From NCBI GenBank assembly GCA_011109175.1, contig RDEW01000001.1, positions 2,049,485-2,113,484 on the forward strand: a DNA stretch of 64,000 nt, read 5' to 3'. A model generated the notes under the pieces. It saw only the letters and a list, made by a program, of their open reading frames with translations. It did no database searches and was not told where the DNA came from. A program made the position numbers and the translations under genes. Below, in pieces: positions 12,850-25,974 of this stretch; within the stretch, counting starts at the first letter, position 1, and each line of letters opens with the position of its first letter. Origin of the DNA: Dicyema japonicum (Eukaryota; Animalia; Dicyemida).

Positions 12850-13260
12850 CAATTTTGACTTTCGTACTTTCTCATTTCCAAGTAGATTATCCTTCATATT
12901 CTTAATAAAAAACTTACGGATATTAGACATGACTAAGGTGGTGTTTTGATCCGTTAAGTGGGTTAAAGATTGGAGTAGATCTCTCGCGAGGATGTTAAAA
13001 GTGGTTGGGAAAAATCCACACATCCCTGTGATTTTTCAGCCCAAATGGACGAAGAAAATGTCTACCGTTGATACTAATCTAACCTCTGACAAAACAAACA
13101 TTGTTTCCAATTACAAAAACAAAAAGAATACTGTCAATACTCCTAATCTGAAGAGTGACTCAGTTGCAGACTTGGAATTGATAAATGCTGGAACAAACTG
13201 GTTGATATTTGTGCCAAAAAAAACTTGACCTCCGTAACCTGTTGATCCTCTTTTTTGAAA
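12850..13260 (+). mobile_element. Mosaic of CRE-like and Ingi/Jockey-like fragments
   Basis: About 12860-12925 resembles CRE sequence at 24186-24240; about 12925-13125 is near-identical to the reverse complement of 59495-59694. Confidence 0.55.
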
Positions 13261-13355
13261 GGCAGAAGTTCTAAAAACATAAAGTCAGTTCTTACTATAA
13301 TTACGGTGAACGCCCGATCCTAAAGAAAATGTATATTCACCAATCAAGCTGATAT

Positions 13356-16326
13356 TTTTTTAAGCACTCCCGGGAAATCAAAAATTAATTAGATTAATTA
13401 AGTTCCCCTTGTGCCACGTCCAGTATCCTCCCACACATCCTTTTCCATGTTCCCATGTTCCGGGCCATTGCTCGTAGTGAGTCAAGATCTTCACCATTTC
13501 GTAGAGTTTTGTTCATTCGGATTAGGTCATCTAGTACTGAAGGCAACGTCACTCTAGGCCTGCCACGGAATGATCCCTTCAGTTGTGCGAAATAGTTCTC
13601 CATTGCAATGTTTGGTGGAGTCAACATATCCATTCGTAAGATGTGACCAAAAAGTCTCCACCTAGTCTTGAGAATCTCCTCTGATAATGGCCTTAAGCCA
13701 CATCTTTTGTACAGTTCTGAATTTGATATCTTTTTCGGGAAATGTATTCTCAAGATGTTTCTTAGGTTGATTTCTATAAAATTGATCCAGATTGTCCATT
13801 TCCCGTTTCGTAATCCCCCATGTCCCACAGTTGTATGTCAGGACTGGAACCAAGAATGTTTATACAATTTTAGCTTTGTATTCGTAGTTATGCTCATTTT
13901 AGAACGCCAGATAGTTAAGAATTTTTTATATGCAGCAGTGGAAAGGATATCTGTGGGTAACATCTTCTGAGTCTCCAAGTAGTGAACCAACTTTTTTATG
14001 CCTTCTCCATGATTCATCGTAAGTGCGTACAACTCGTACAAGTTTTGTATATTCAGTTTTGTCTTGGTTGACAACTAAGAACCATTTAGAAAAGGCATTT
14101 GGTAAGTTCTTGAGAACGTGATGAAGAATTTCAACATCTTCAGAAACAAAGTCAAGATCGTCTGCATATATTAACTCGATTGTTTTGTTGTTCTCAATTA
14201 AAGGCCTGAAATCTCTCAGTGCAGCCTTCAGGTAGATTATGAATAGAACTGGTGACAAAGAGTCTCCTTGCGGAATTCCACGTGATGTATAAAAGAATTC
14301 TGAAGTAGTTTTTCCGAGTTTGGTTGCTAGTTGCGTATTCTGCAGTAGTTTTTGTATAATTTTGACATCATCCGTTGTTTAGGAAGCTTGTGAGTACTTC
14401 AAGAAGTTTGCCTCTATGAACTGAGTCAAACGCTCTGGACATGTCTATTCCGAGAACATCTATGCACTTTTTATATTTTTGGCATAAAGCACTTGACCAT
14501 CTGTGTGTCCAAATGTGGATCTGCCTGACCGGAAACAACTTTGTCCTGGTGACAGAAAATACTTCACTTTGTCTTTGATTCTTTCCAATGATTGACAAGA
14601 TTTTTCGCAGCGTAGTTAGTGGGATGATTGGTCTTAGGTTGGAAAGGGGCCCTTTGGGTTTTCCCGGTTTTTGCAGTGGAATTAACCAACCCTTGCCAAT
14701 GTCTAACGTAGTGTTTTCTTCAAATATTTTGTTGAGTATATTGGTAATGATTGTTACCAACTTCACTGGGCATACTTTATAAGTTCGGCTGGGATATTCT
14801 CTGGTCCTGCCGATCTGTCATTTTTCAATTTTTTAATTGCATCCAGTGTTTCTTGTGTGTTTATTGAGATGTCCAAACCATGCTTGACTTGTGCACCAAA
14901 TTTATAGCCTATTTCGTTGTCCCAGTTGAGCATATGATAGTAATAAGCAGATATAGTAGCTGCTTTGTCCTTTTCATCGATAATTACTCTGCCAAAGATG
15001 TCATTGATTATTATGGAGCTTGCACTCTTTTTCTTATTAATTGAATAGCTTTGAACATTTTCACTCCATCTTTATATTTTTCAATGTCTTCAATTTGTTT
15101 TTCTATTTCTTTAGCCGTTAGGGATTTCTGAGTTTGCTTGATTTTTAATAATGTTCGGTTTCGTTGTTGCCGAAGTTCCTTGGCCTTTTCTGGAGACCTT
15201 GAGTTTTCTATCTTCAATCTCAAGGCTTTCTGGTTTTCTGATAGGACGCAAATATCATGATTGTAAAATTTACGGGGTTTTGTAATACTTCCCAACACAT
15301 CACATGCTGTACCTTTTATCGACTTTGTCCCAAATAATATGAACAGGTTTAGTTTCGTCGATATCATTAAGTTCAAGATTTAGTTGATACGCATATTTCT
15401 GTTGAGTTGACTTGTCATGTAATAATTGGATATCATATTGCTCCTGCTTTTTATTGGAAGGTGTTTTCATTTGGTTATGGACTTTGTATAGTCCAATGCG
15501 AGTAACCACAATTTTATGATCACTATTTGTCTCTAATCCTCCATATGACCTGGAGTCTACGAGGAGATGTTTGTGACCTCGTCTGCATAGTATGTAGTCA
15601 ATTTGATTATATATTTTTATGTAATTTCCTTGCAAATCCTTCCTAGTTCCAGTCCACGTCGTCTTGTGTCTCGCTGGGTGACGGAATGCCGTATTGCACA
15701 AAAACAGATCCAAGGAAGTGCAAAAGTGGATTAATGCCATTCCGGGCGTGTTTCGCCGATTTCTTCCATGAGATCCGATACAAGTTTCTCCAGATCTGGC
15801 TTTTCCTGCTTTGCCATTCCAGTCCCCGGCAATTAAGCAAAAATATGAAGAACTGAGAGTGTTGTAAACCCTTATGAGGGCGGAGTAGAATTCGTCTAGT
15901 TCTTCTGGATTGGCAGATGCCCTGATTCCAGTCAGGGCGTATATGTTGATGATTGTCACTGTAGAGTTTGGTTTGCTTCCCCACCGGATTTGCAGTACCG
16001 CAATCCTGTCTGTAACGACCCACATCCGAGATATACGACTATACAATGTGTGATGAATAGCAAATCCAAGTCCATAGTGACGTTGTTGGAAGGGTAATCA
16101 AATGATAATTTCCCACCCGCATGCATGTGTTGTCAGTTATTTTTGTTTCCTGTAGGCAGCATACTGATACCTTATAGTGATCCAAATACGTGACAGCTGA
16201 AGCTTCTTGTATGTTGGATTGAGTCCTCTTACATTCAGGGTACCTACAGAAAAAGGGCAGTTAGATATTAGACGTGAGAAAGACATATGTGCTATAGAGG
16301 GACGTCACCACCTCAACCAAAAAAAG
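13356..16326 (-). mobile_element. Full-length degenerate RTE LINE (about 2.97 kb)
   Basis: GTLNVRGL start, APE motifs (AGDWNGK, SDHKIV), RT motifs (NLRPI, DMSRAFDSV, PQGDSLSP, YADD), GRPRVTL C-terminus; TSD GCTGATAT at 13348-13355 and 16327-16334; short A tail. Confidence 0.9.
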
Positions 16327-16399
16327 GCTGATATATTAATTGTTAATTGAGTGAGGATAATTTTCAACTTAGGGATATTGTTTTCTTGACATTAAATGG

Positions 16400-17330
16400 A
16401 AGTCTGGTTGCGGGAACGAGTGCAGACTAAATCTAGTGATTCGTAACCTGAAGAGCATATCTCAAAAATTGTGGGAGTTTGTTTCCCTGGACGTACAAAT
16501 GGAAAATATGTGGATGAAAATTGAAGGAATATATCGAGAGCCTTCGTTATTCTCGTCCATCAATTTGCATTTTCTGCTTTGATATTCTTGTTGATTTCTC
16601 TGTTCAGTTCTCGTATTTTTGATGCTCTCTTTATTGGCAATTTCACCCTCTTTAGATTATTTCGTTCTCAGACTAAACGCTTAGTGGTTGTGTCGAAACG
16701 TTTTGATGACGTAAGTATCCTGCCCATTGAAGTGTTCTTTCTTTTCGGTGTAGTTGAACCATTTCACTAATTGTTCAACGGAGGGAGGAGTAGGGAAATT
16801 GAAGAGTCCAATGCAAGTATCGACGTACTTCTTTAATCCTCCCCAGTTCACAAGACTGTAATTAATTATCGTCTCACACAGTCCTTTCATCCGTGATCTC
16901 GTTTGACTTCCAAAAATATTGGATTGTGGTCTCTTCTGGATTTCACTGATCAGTCACTAAGAGGAGATAGAGATGCTAGTGAGATGTCAATGGATGAGGG
17001 TTTATCGACATGTCGAGTAGGTGTTCTTATATGGAATGCCGGATCGTTTAGTATGTAGAGACTTTGAAGGTCTTCAATTAGCATCTTCCCCTTTTTGTCA
17101 CGGGCTTGTTCTGCCAACCACATTGGATGCTTCGCATTGTAGTCACCACAGATAATCACATACTTCAGTGAGGTGATAGAATCTGGAGCACGGAAGGAGC
17201 AGAAACTTAAATGCGGGGAGATATGCGGGGACCAATGTTATTGATAGTCTGTGTAACAGGACTTTGGTTGCCACAGTTCTAGATTTCCACAGTTATGGAT
17301 CATAGTGTAATCAGTTATATGCTCATGTGG
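16400..17330 (-). mobile_element. Ingi/Jockey-group LINE fragment (APE C-terminal half and linker)
   Basis: IICGDYNAKHPMW and PSSIDISLAS endonuclease motifs. Confidence 0.7.
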
Positions 17331-17339
17331 AACATTTTA

Positions 17340-17709
17340 AAATCAATTTTTACCATACCATTAAAATCAATTTTTATAAAATTAGAAAAGATGACTTTTT
17401 CATTTAAAGATGTCAATTTAAACTATTTCGTGATGTTTATTGATGAACTTGCCTAAAACTTGAAAAACTCAGACAATTTTTTAATATTAGATTTATTTTT
17501 TATTCAACAAAACAAGAGAACAAGAAACAAACACATCAAAAAGGGAGAGAATGTTTATTTTATAATAGCAAATAATTCTTCCTTGACAGTTAAATCATGA
17601 AAATTGAACGGGAAAATAGACATAGTTGCGCGATATCAATCACATTGTTTCGTTAAAATCAATCGATTGCGATCGACCAAAAACCCGATCGACCGGTTGG
17701 CCACTCCTG
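17340..17709 (-). mobile_element. Probable hAT-type transposon end
   Basis: Terminal CAGGAGTGGCCAACC with subterminal GTCGATC repeats; no partner end found. Confidence 0.4.
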
Positions 17710-17793
17710 GCATAAAGATAGGGAAAGTGTAAAAATAAAAAATATTTAACTTTAATTATTTAAATAAATTTAAATTCAAAAATATAATTACAT

Positions 17794-18656
17794 ATGGATG
17801 TAGGAGACAATAATGTAAATGAAATAATAAATTTAGATTAATGTTCATAAGATAAAACCAATTAAATTTAAAAATAAAGAAATATCTGTAATAACACAAA
17901 ATACATTTGGTCCCTGTTCTTTAATATCATTAATAAATACTTTACTCTTAGAGGAACGTTTGAATGTTAATTTAAAAACTATTAAAACTAATAACTTGCT
18001 GGATTTAATAGTAAATTTAATATTGGAAAAAAGTGAGATTACTTCAAAATATCCAATTGAGATGATTATTGAAACATTACCAAAATTAGTAGATGGTCTG
18101 GATATTGATATTCATTTTAATAGGTTGAGTGTGAAATATGAGTTTAGTCCATGTTCGTTTGATGAATCTATTGGAACTTATTTATTTGAATTATTTGGTG
18201 TGAAATTAATGCATGCATATGTTATTGATCCACTCTGTGAATTTTACAAAATTATTGATTTTTCTTATAACAAATTAAATGATTTCTTAGTCAAATTAAG
18301 GTCCGAAGAACCTGAATCAATTGGTTTGAGTTTTATTTTACAAGATCTGGTAATTGGAACTGAATTTTTATTACAAACAAAAAGTAGAATAACAAAATAT
18401 GGTCTTGATTGTATTCGATCAATTTTAAATGAAGATGACTTGGCAGTTTTATTCCATAATGATCATTATAGTACAATTTGTAGAAAAAATGTATTTTATT
18501 ATTTTAATTTAAGGGAATCATTTATTCATTAGTCACTGATTATGGTTACATTAATGAGACACAATTGTTTGGGAATCAATTAATATAGAAGCATCCTCTG
18601 ATTATGTCAATTCAGATTTCCTTCCACCCGGAATATCATTTACTAATTATATTTAA
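17794..18656 (+). CDS. MINDY1/2-family (FAM63) K48 deubiquitinase; apparent 1-nt deletion near 18562
   Basis: ITQNTFGPCSLISLIN (catalytic Cys), LFHNDHYSTI (catalytic His), LVTDYGY..., VWES; introns of 22 and 23 nt. Confidence 0.88.
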
Positions 18657-18989
18657 CCATTAAGAAAACTATTATGTCCCCCTTAGTCAAACTGATTACA
18701 TCTACTCTCACAGCTATCCATAATACTCTTGCTTTCTAATGCCAGCTGGAGACTTATTCGTTTAATAAAGATAATTGAATTGAATAGTAATCTTTTATCT
18801 TATGAAAGGAATTTTAAATAGTGTTACGTCAATGGTGGTGCTCTTATAAAATTCCCCCTCGATTTGTAAGAAAATGTTATTAGGATTAATGAAAATAGTA
18901 AGATTAAAGAAATACAGTAAAACCTTTTGAATTCACTACAATTTTCAACTGAAATTTCCTAAATCTTACTCTAGAGAAATCGACTAAAT

Positions 18990-19497
18990 ATCCATGGCTA
19001 GTCCATGATTTTCCTTGACAACTCCACAGGAAAGGAGCAGGATCCGACACCATCCATGCGTCCATGGTTGCGAGATAGGTAGTTTGCGACTCTTTTCCAA
19101 AACTTTAAGCGAGCGATGCCACCACGTAGGCGAGTCACAAGGCATGAAAATTTTAAAAATCACAAAATTGAAATAAATAGTAAGATCGTTAGAGCGTTGA
19201 AAAAGACATTCATTTCGTTACTACGGGGAAAACTAAACGTCCCTCCCAATCATTGAATACCTTACGGTACGTTACCGGGACTTCCTCAAGATGGCAAAGT
19301 CCCCTCTCCATCCCCCGGGGAGGACATCAGACTATATATAGACGCCTGCCCGAGATATGAGAAGAAACCTTCCCCGCTGTAAAGATTAATCCAGGACTCC
19401 AAAACTAACCGCAGGAAAAAAACTGGTGTGGACACCGGGATCACTTAATTAGACGATAACTTTTATCTTCTTTCTCGTGATTTCGGGGTTAATAAAT
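18990..19497 (+). mobile_element. Ingi/Jockey-group LINE 3' end
   Basis: Degenerate C-terminal CPRY zinc-knuckle remnant; 3' UTR near-identical to the reverse complement of 60564-60714. Confidence 0.6.
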
Positions 19498-19613
19498 CAA
19501 ATATCCATAGCCTCAACACATCTAAAGACCATTGAGAATTCTAATAATTTTATAATAACCCAATTTGAATTGGTTATTATATATAAAAATCTTATCTTAA
19601 TTCAACCGCTGTT

Positions 19614-20800
19614 ATGAAGAGCTACCTGCCTCGAATCTCCATCAGAAATCGTTCTCGGACAAAGAAAAACAGTACATTTGCATTTTATGACGTCACTACG
19701 AAGCTTATAGCCAACCAAAAATTCGATAAACTGAGGAGTTACAAAACACATGGTATTATTAAGGATAGATCTGGACTCAATGAATACAAAGAAATAATGT
19801 GTCTTCGGAGGTCAAAGAGACTGGTTTTGATGGCGAATATTATAAGGCCATTAAGAAAATTCACAGGAATTGTGATTTGAAACAATTTGGAATAACACAG
19901 AAAATAACAAACAACTACAAGTCTAAGGTTTCCTGAGTTTATATTTTGCAGATTAGCAATTATTGCTTGTGAAAATGAGACTTCCGACATTGTATAGAAA
20001 TACAACAAAACCAGATATTCTGAATAAGATTTTATGAATGAATTGAACGAAACAAGGAAAATGTAACCTTTACGGTGAACTAAGAACGATATCTTGAATT
20101 ACCAAATAAAGAAACTAAGAGAGATTTTGAGATAGCCAAATGTGAAAAGTACAATCTCATAAATAACAAAAATGAGGAAATATCTTCGAAAAGCAATGAA
20201 AGACGTCTTCCGTCAGCTTGCGGAATTAAACGACAACAATATATCGATTCAAAATGAAATTTCAGATTATCAGAAATTATTGGAACGTAAATAGTTTCCT
20301 CCAAATTTCAGCAATTGTCAGAAACTTTGAATTCCAAAAGCATAAATTTTATAAAACCATCGGAGATACCAGGGAGGTTTGCTCATTAAATATAAAAAAG
20401 ATTAAGTTTTGGTTTTTCTAAGTTTAATTTAAGTTTAAACTCGCCTTTACTCCCAAAGCTTTGATTTCCAAAAGTTCAGAGAGTGAATATGTCGAATTAG
20501 AAAATATTTGAGAGGTATTAAACACTCTTATTCAAAGGACGTAAGCTTTAATATGTGGAAGTACGTGGAGAACCTTTACTTTTATGAGCATTTTCATTTT
20601 GAACCAGTCGCACGTCAGGAATCATAGGGTCATTGACACTACTAAACGGATCGCGAAGAGGAAAAATGATAGAAAAGAAATAAGCTGGCTCATTAAGCGA
20701 ATTTCCTTACAAATCGTCAGGAGAGAAGCTAGTTATTGTTAACTGTCTGTTTTTGTCAATAAATTTATTAAAAATTACGAAACTGGAGTCTGAGAATAGA
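19614..20800 (+). pseudogene. Intermediate-filament (cytoplasmic IF/lamin-type) gene with multiple stops and frameshifts
   Basis: MKDVFRQLAELNDNNISIQNEISDYQKLLE aligns without gaps to the IF coil-2B end ([30 protein letters not shown]). Upstream KAIKKIHRNCD...NNYKSK resembles the L2/coil-2 region. Candidate 24- and 25-nt introns; possible lamin-tail-domain remnant (GKMI, SWLIKR). Confidence 0.55.
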
Positions 20801-21049
20801 AAATTAAGGAAAAGGAAACCTCATGCATTGAGACTGTCTGGAAAATCATTTCTAAAAAAGAACCTCAGAAATCCTTAAAGATGTATTTTTATGTCAAAGT
20901 TTGACCAAAAAGTTAACATATTTTGTAATATGAAACGATGACAAGATTTTAAGACAAATAGAGTACGTAGTGGGCTAAGTACAGGATAAACCAGTATATC
21001 AAACCAACAGGCTCAACCACACAGGAAATGAATTTGACAAAAACAAAAT

Positions 21050-24000
21050 AAGATCTCGGCGTATTGTTGATGTTGCTGTAATTTCTGCTTAATCCTGCTT
21101 ATTAGAAATTTTCGGGCTATAAAAGTTTATTATGTCAGATGGGCCAAGCGTTACCTATGGGCAGCCTGTTACATTAACCTTGAACCAAGATTAACTTCAA
21201 TTAATTTTATAAATGATTTATTAACCACAAAAAATTAAATTTAAGTAACTTTTTTTAGTCTACTCATTAATACAGTCGACTGGGAATTATCTAGATATAA
21301 ATTTTTTAAATCAACCTACGTGAATTTTCAATAGATTCTGGAGTCGAACAATTAACCAAATCGTCAATTTGTTCTGGAATCGCACACTCATCACTTAAAT
21401 TATCTAAGTCATAATGTGATATAAGTATAACCATGAATTATTGAATTTATTCCCTTAATTCTCGATATCTTTCGAAAGGACTTTCGTTAGAAAATGAATG
21501 GACCGATATGTTGTAACTGTAGACAGCACTTTCTAATTTATCAAGCCACTTTTTTTCACTGTTATCCAGCATTTTTGACAACTTCCTCGTGATCGTCTGA
21601 TTAAATCTTTCGACTATTCCTTGTGCTCGTGGATTGTTAGGCTTTGCGTGAATTTGCTTAATGTTAAAATCTTCGCAAAGTTTTGTTATTTCTTGATTTT
21701 TAAATTCAGAACCATTGTCCGACTAAAGAAATTTACATGGCCCATTCAGGCGGAACAAAGATCTTAAGTTTTCACATACTTCTTTACAAGACAAATTATA
21801 GAGTGGTCGTACAAAAGCGAATCTATAAATTAAAAGAAAACCAACCTACTATATATGTCAATGACCGTTAAAATCCATTTGAAATTTTCATTTAATGTTG
21901 AAAATTTTTTCAGGTCTATTAGATCTACCTGAAAACGTTCATTTGGAGAAGAAGCAAACACATGGTGATTTATATCTCCAATGTACAATTATAAAAAATC
22001 ACGAACTTTTAAAAGACTCGAAAATTTGCAGACTTCACAATTTCGAATGACTTTTCTGAAAATTCATTCTTTACAGTGAAGTATCTTTGTCGACATTCAT
22101 ACTCAATTTTATTGACTCCTCCGTGTGAAAACTCGTGCATCGATTTCGCAGCATGCTCCATTTCGGTTTCATTATCCAGGGATATGACTAACTTAATCAG
22201 TTGATTTAAGATACAGTCTAAAATTATTGCAAATTTACAATACCTGTCATTGATAATGGAAAAATTCTCTATCTTCTTTACAAGCCTATATTTTCGATGC
22301 CTCGGAAGATTTTCGGGAAATTTATCATGCAAAGCATCTTTTAAAGTTTGATATTCAACGCAATCTTTCACAAAAACCTTTGTAAAAATCCATTGCAACA
22401 AAATAATCTTCCATGCTATAAATCACGCTAGAAATATAGGTTAACCGCTATAAAAAATAAAATCTTTATAATTATAACATTTATGAATAAAAAACTAATT
22501 TAGCAGGATTAAATCACGATATAAATCGGATATACAAAATTAAATGTCGGATAATCAAAAGACCTTTTCAAGGTCGAAAAAATGTAACAGGCTGCCCATG
22601 CGTTACGCGCCGCCCATGTGACATATTAACCAGGGGCGATGCCGTTTTTTGATAACTTCATCATTAGGTAAGATATTCCCTACAACGTTTGCTCCCGAGC
22701 TGAAAAATTTGATTCCCTTAATGGATTTACTAAATCCCTCAATGTCTGACCCTGTTTCTGGATCGTCCTTCAATCACGTTACCTCTGAAGAAATTCTAAT
22801 TCTTCCGTCGAGGTTAAGAGTACAAAGACGTATTCCTTTTAAGATCCCAAGGTCCGTGATGGTGGTGACCGAGGCTCTTGCCCGCGCTATTGACAAGGCT
22901 ACCCTTTCTTTGAAGACCATGATTGGATTTCCTTATTTCTCTTTCCCCTAATTGCACTTGGATTAGATCCGAATCGTCGAGGAGTTTCTAATGCTTCAAT
23001 CCTTAGAAATTCTATTCAGTTGTTTGAGGATGGGAATCTTTCTTTTTCTTCCCTCTCGAGAGTACCTGATCATGAAGATAAAAAGTTTTCTCTTCGGATA
23101 GCGGTTGCTGCTAGGCCATGGAGACGTCCGGGACATTCAGGACATTGTTTTCAACCGAGACCGTCCTCTCAGTCACCCCTGAAGTAATTTCTACTTTGGA
23201 GAATAAACATCCTCCCTCTCAATTGGATCTGAGAGAATTTCAATCCCATTGGACTGCCCCCTCCCCGTTTTATTCACCGAATCTGATGTAATGGCTGGGA
23301 TCAAATACTTCTCACGAGGCAGTAGTTGGGGTTGGATGGTTTACGTCCTGGGCATATCAAAGACCTTTCGTCATTCTTAACTTTGAGGCGAAAGCTCACT
23401 TTGTATCATCGTTAATCAAACTCGTAAATCTGTTAGCATCCGGGAAAATCCCTCCCATTGCCCGTGAACTCTTTTTTCTGCCTTATTGTTTCCTTTCTCG
23501 AAGCCTGGTGGCGGAGTCAGGCCCATTGCTGCTAGGAGCCTATTCCGAAGATTTGCATCAAAACTTTCGTCATGGCGTGTCATCGATGATCAGTCTTCAG
23601 AACTGAAACCGGTACAACTCGAAGTAGGCTTCCGTGGTGGGTGTGAATTGGCCATTTATGCTGCTCGTTCCTTTGTAAACTATTGTAAAGAGGATAACCC
23701 TGGGATATTGTGAAGCTGGACGTTTCCAACGCCTTCAATTCGGTGAGGAGGAACCACCTTCTAAAAACCGTTTTGAGAAGAGCCCCAAGAATTATTCACA
23801 TTAAGAACCTCGCATACGGTACTCCAACCCATCTAGTTATTGGTGATAATCTCATTAAATCTTGGACAGAGATCCAACAAGGTGATCCTTTTGGTCCGCT
23901 TCTTTTTGCTTTGACAGTGGATGAGGTTGCCCGTTAGTGTGTGACGGCTTTCAGTTGTTGGTATTTGGACGATGTTACGATCGATGGATCGTCAGAGACG

Positions 24001-24920
24001 GTTATAAAAAGTCTTGGAATATTTCTTCCCATTCTTAACAGTTACCCGAGATTAATGCGAGTAAATCTGAAATTTGTAATCTTGGACTCTCGCAAAATGA
24101 ATTTTTTAAATCATTATGCAGTATTTTGCTTTTTCTCTTCGATGCTGTTATTACCAATGTGGAACACCTTATTGTATTGAGCTCCCTCATTTCAAAAGAG
24201 ATTATCCTTCATATTCTTAATAAAAAAAACTCTCGGAGATTAGTGGAGCCACCGTTAATCTGCATGAACTTGATCCTCATACTGAGATTTTTCTATTGAA
24301 GAATTATATTTTCTTTCGAAGGTTAATGTTTTTGGAACGTTTCTCTCCTTGCTACCTCTTTCCGAAAATCCTAGAGAATTTCAACATTCTTATCTCCAAG
24401 ACTATTGAAAAAATTGTAAATATTAATTTCGACAAAATTTGATTGAAGCAAACTTTCTTGTCCGTCAGATTTGGGGGCATCGACCTAACTTCTGTTGTGG
24501 ACGTTTTTTTTCATCCTTCATGTCCTCTTTATCGTGCAACGCGTTTTTACATCCGGACTAATCTACCAGATTGGTGCAAGTCCGCTCTGGACGACAAAAT
24601 TACTGTTGGGTTGAAGAGCTGGTCAGTGACTTCCGGAGAAACATACTTCTTGAGGAACTGGACCAACATTCTGTACGAAAATACTCATTTACCCTTATGG
24701 CATTGTAGGGCTTGCATTCTGGCACCCTCTTTCTTTCACAACGGTGCTTGACTGAACGCGTTCCCATCATCGTTAATTGGTTCCCTTCTTCATCAGGACG
24801 CCCTTCAGAGTGGGTTTTCTATCCGTCTCGTGATCGACCTTTGCCTGCTTCATACATGCCGTTGTGGATCTGTTGAGGACTGCAAAGGTCTTCTCTCTTG
24901 CCGCCTGAGCTTGGGTCAAT
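21050..24920 (+). mobile_element. CRE-like non-LTR retrotransposon, degenerate, interrupted by Ginger copy B
   Basis: KPGGGVRPIA, QLEVGFRGGCE, KLDVSNAFNSV, QQGDPFGPLLF, WYLDD; C-terminal CRCG remnant; degenerate PHD at the 5' end spanning the Ginger insertion. Confidence 0.85.
21133..22623 (-). mobile_element. Ginger-type DDE-integrase DNA transposon, copy B (C-terminal region deleted)
   Basis: Same TIRs as copy A; TATTA direct repeats (TAATA in element orientation); HEFSH...CEVC finger, ERFQVDLID, L*SDNGSEF, QGIVERFNQT (D,D35E); introns at 22218-22243 and 21823-21845. Confidence 0.9.
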
Positions 24921-25049
24921 GATTTCGAAAGTTAGTTATGAGCGTCACGAAACATAATGGATGACAGTTGTCAGAGTTAGCGACATTCCATCCTATCAGC
25001 TGAGTCCAGCACAACACAAAGACAAAACTTGCCCCGATGTAACAAAATT

Positions 25050-25880
25050 TATAAAAGAACAAGAAGAGCTACACATATGACCGCAACTCATCGAGGCCTC
25101 CACTGCTACTCGCCGCACTTCTCCTTCGGTGACGGTCGTTCTTGGCACATTTCCAGGGAGCACGAATGGGCGGTAATCTGCCGGGGACATGGATGTTTTC
25201 GTCTGAGCTGTTCGAGCACTTCATGTGTGCGGCCAGGACAGAATCGTCGCTGGCAACGACGCATAACGTTGCTCGGACGTCGCCTTCCAATAGCTTACGA
25301 TTTACTCTCTCCGAGTTTGTACGGGCTTCTCAAAAAACGGAGGATTGGCATCAGGGTGTTTTGGTTTCAGAACTTCCGTCTTGGTGAGGGAATGTATATG
25401 GAAAAACTTCATGTTCGAGGAAAGAGAGTTCCCACGTGTCGCAATTTTTCTTGTGTTCCGTTGATGTTCTTTTGACTTGATGAATGGAATTCCAAGTACG
25501 AGCGGGGCGAAACTGAGGAGTTTGAGTCAGGCCCTTGGTCGTTGGACGTGAGTGCGTCGTCAATTCCTGAAGCCAGGCATGTAGCTGCGGGGATCCGGAC
25601 GGACCTCGGGATCTTGATTGGAATCTTCCTGCCTTTCCTTTGCTAGGACAAGAAGAGGAAGTCCGTATCGTTGAGATCCAACGGCTCATTTGATTCGACG
25701 GGCTCGTTTGAAATAATTGTCTATGTTTTCCGACCAGTGCCAATGCAGACGCTGCGGTTCCATAGGCTGAGCGAGCATTCAGCCCGCTGAGATATCTTTA
25801 TACATCCGTGGTGGAAAAATCGGCGCAAGACGAGCAGAAAGCCTATACTTTCGTGTATTATTTCAAGAAATACCTGTCAG
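25050..25880 (-). mobile_element. CRE-like element 5' portion with PHD-finger remnant
   Basis: CSSCADFFHHGCIK...LWNRSVCIG, KIPIKIPRSVR and RVNRKLLEGDV are homologous to 34994-35838. Confidence 0.75.
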
Positions 25881-25974
25881 TCATTCTCAAGGGCAAGTAC
25901 TAACTAAACTTATTATTAATCCCGCGATGTATATTTTTGATCTTTTTATATTATATTATTATATATACTAAGCT

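Noticed and set aside
1130-18570. Programmed frameshifting or editing to explain 1-nt shifts in SAS-6 (about 1138) and MINDY (about 18562)
   Set aside because: Both are single missing bases in short A-runs with no shared signal; sequencing/assembly indels are the simpler explanation. Raw reads would decide.
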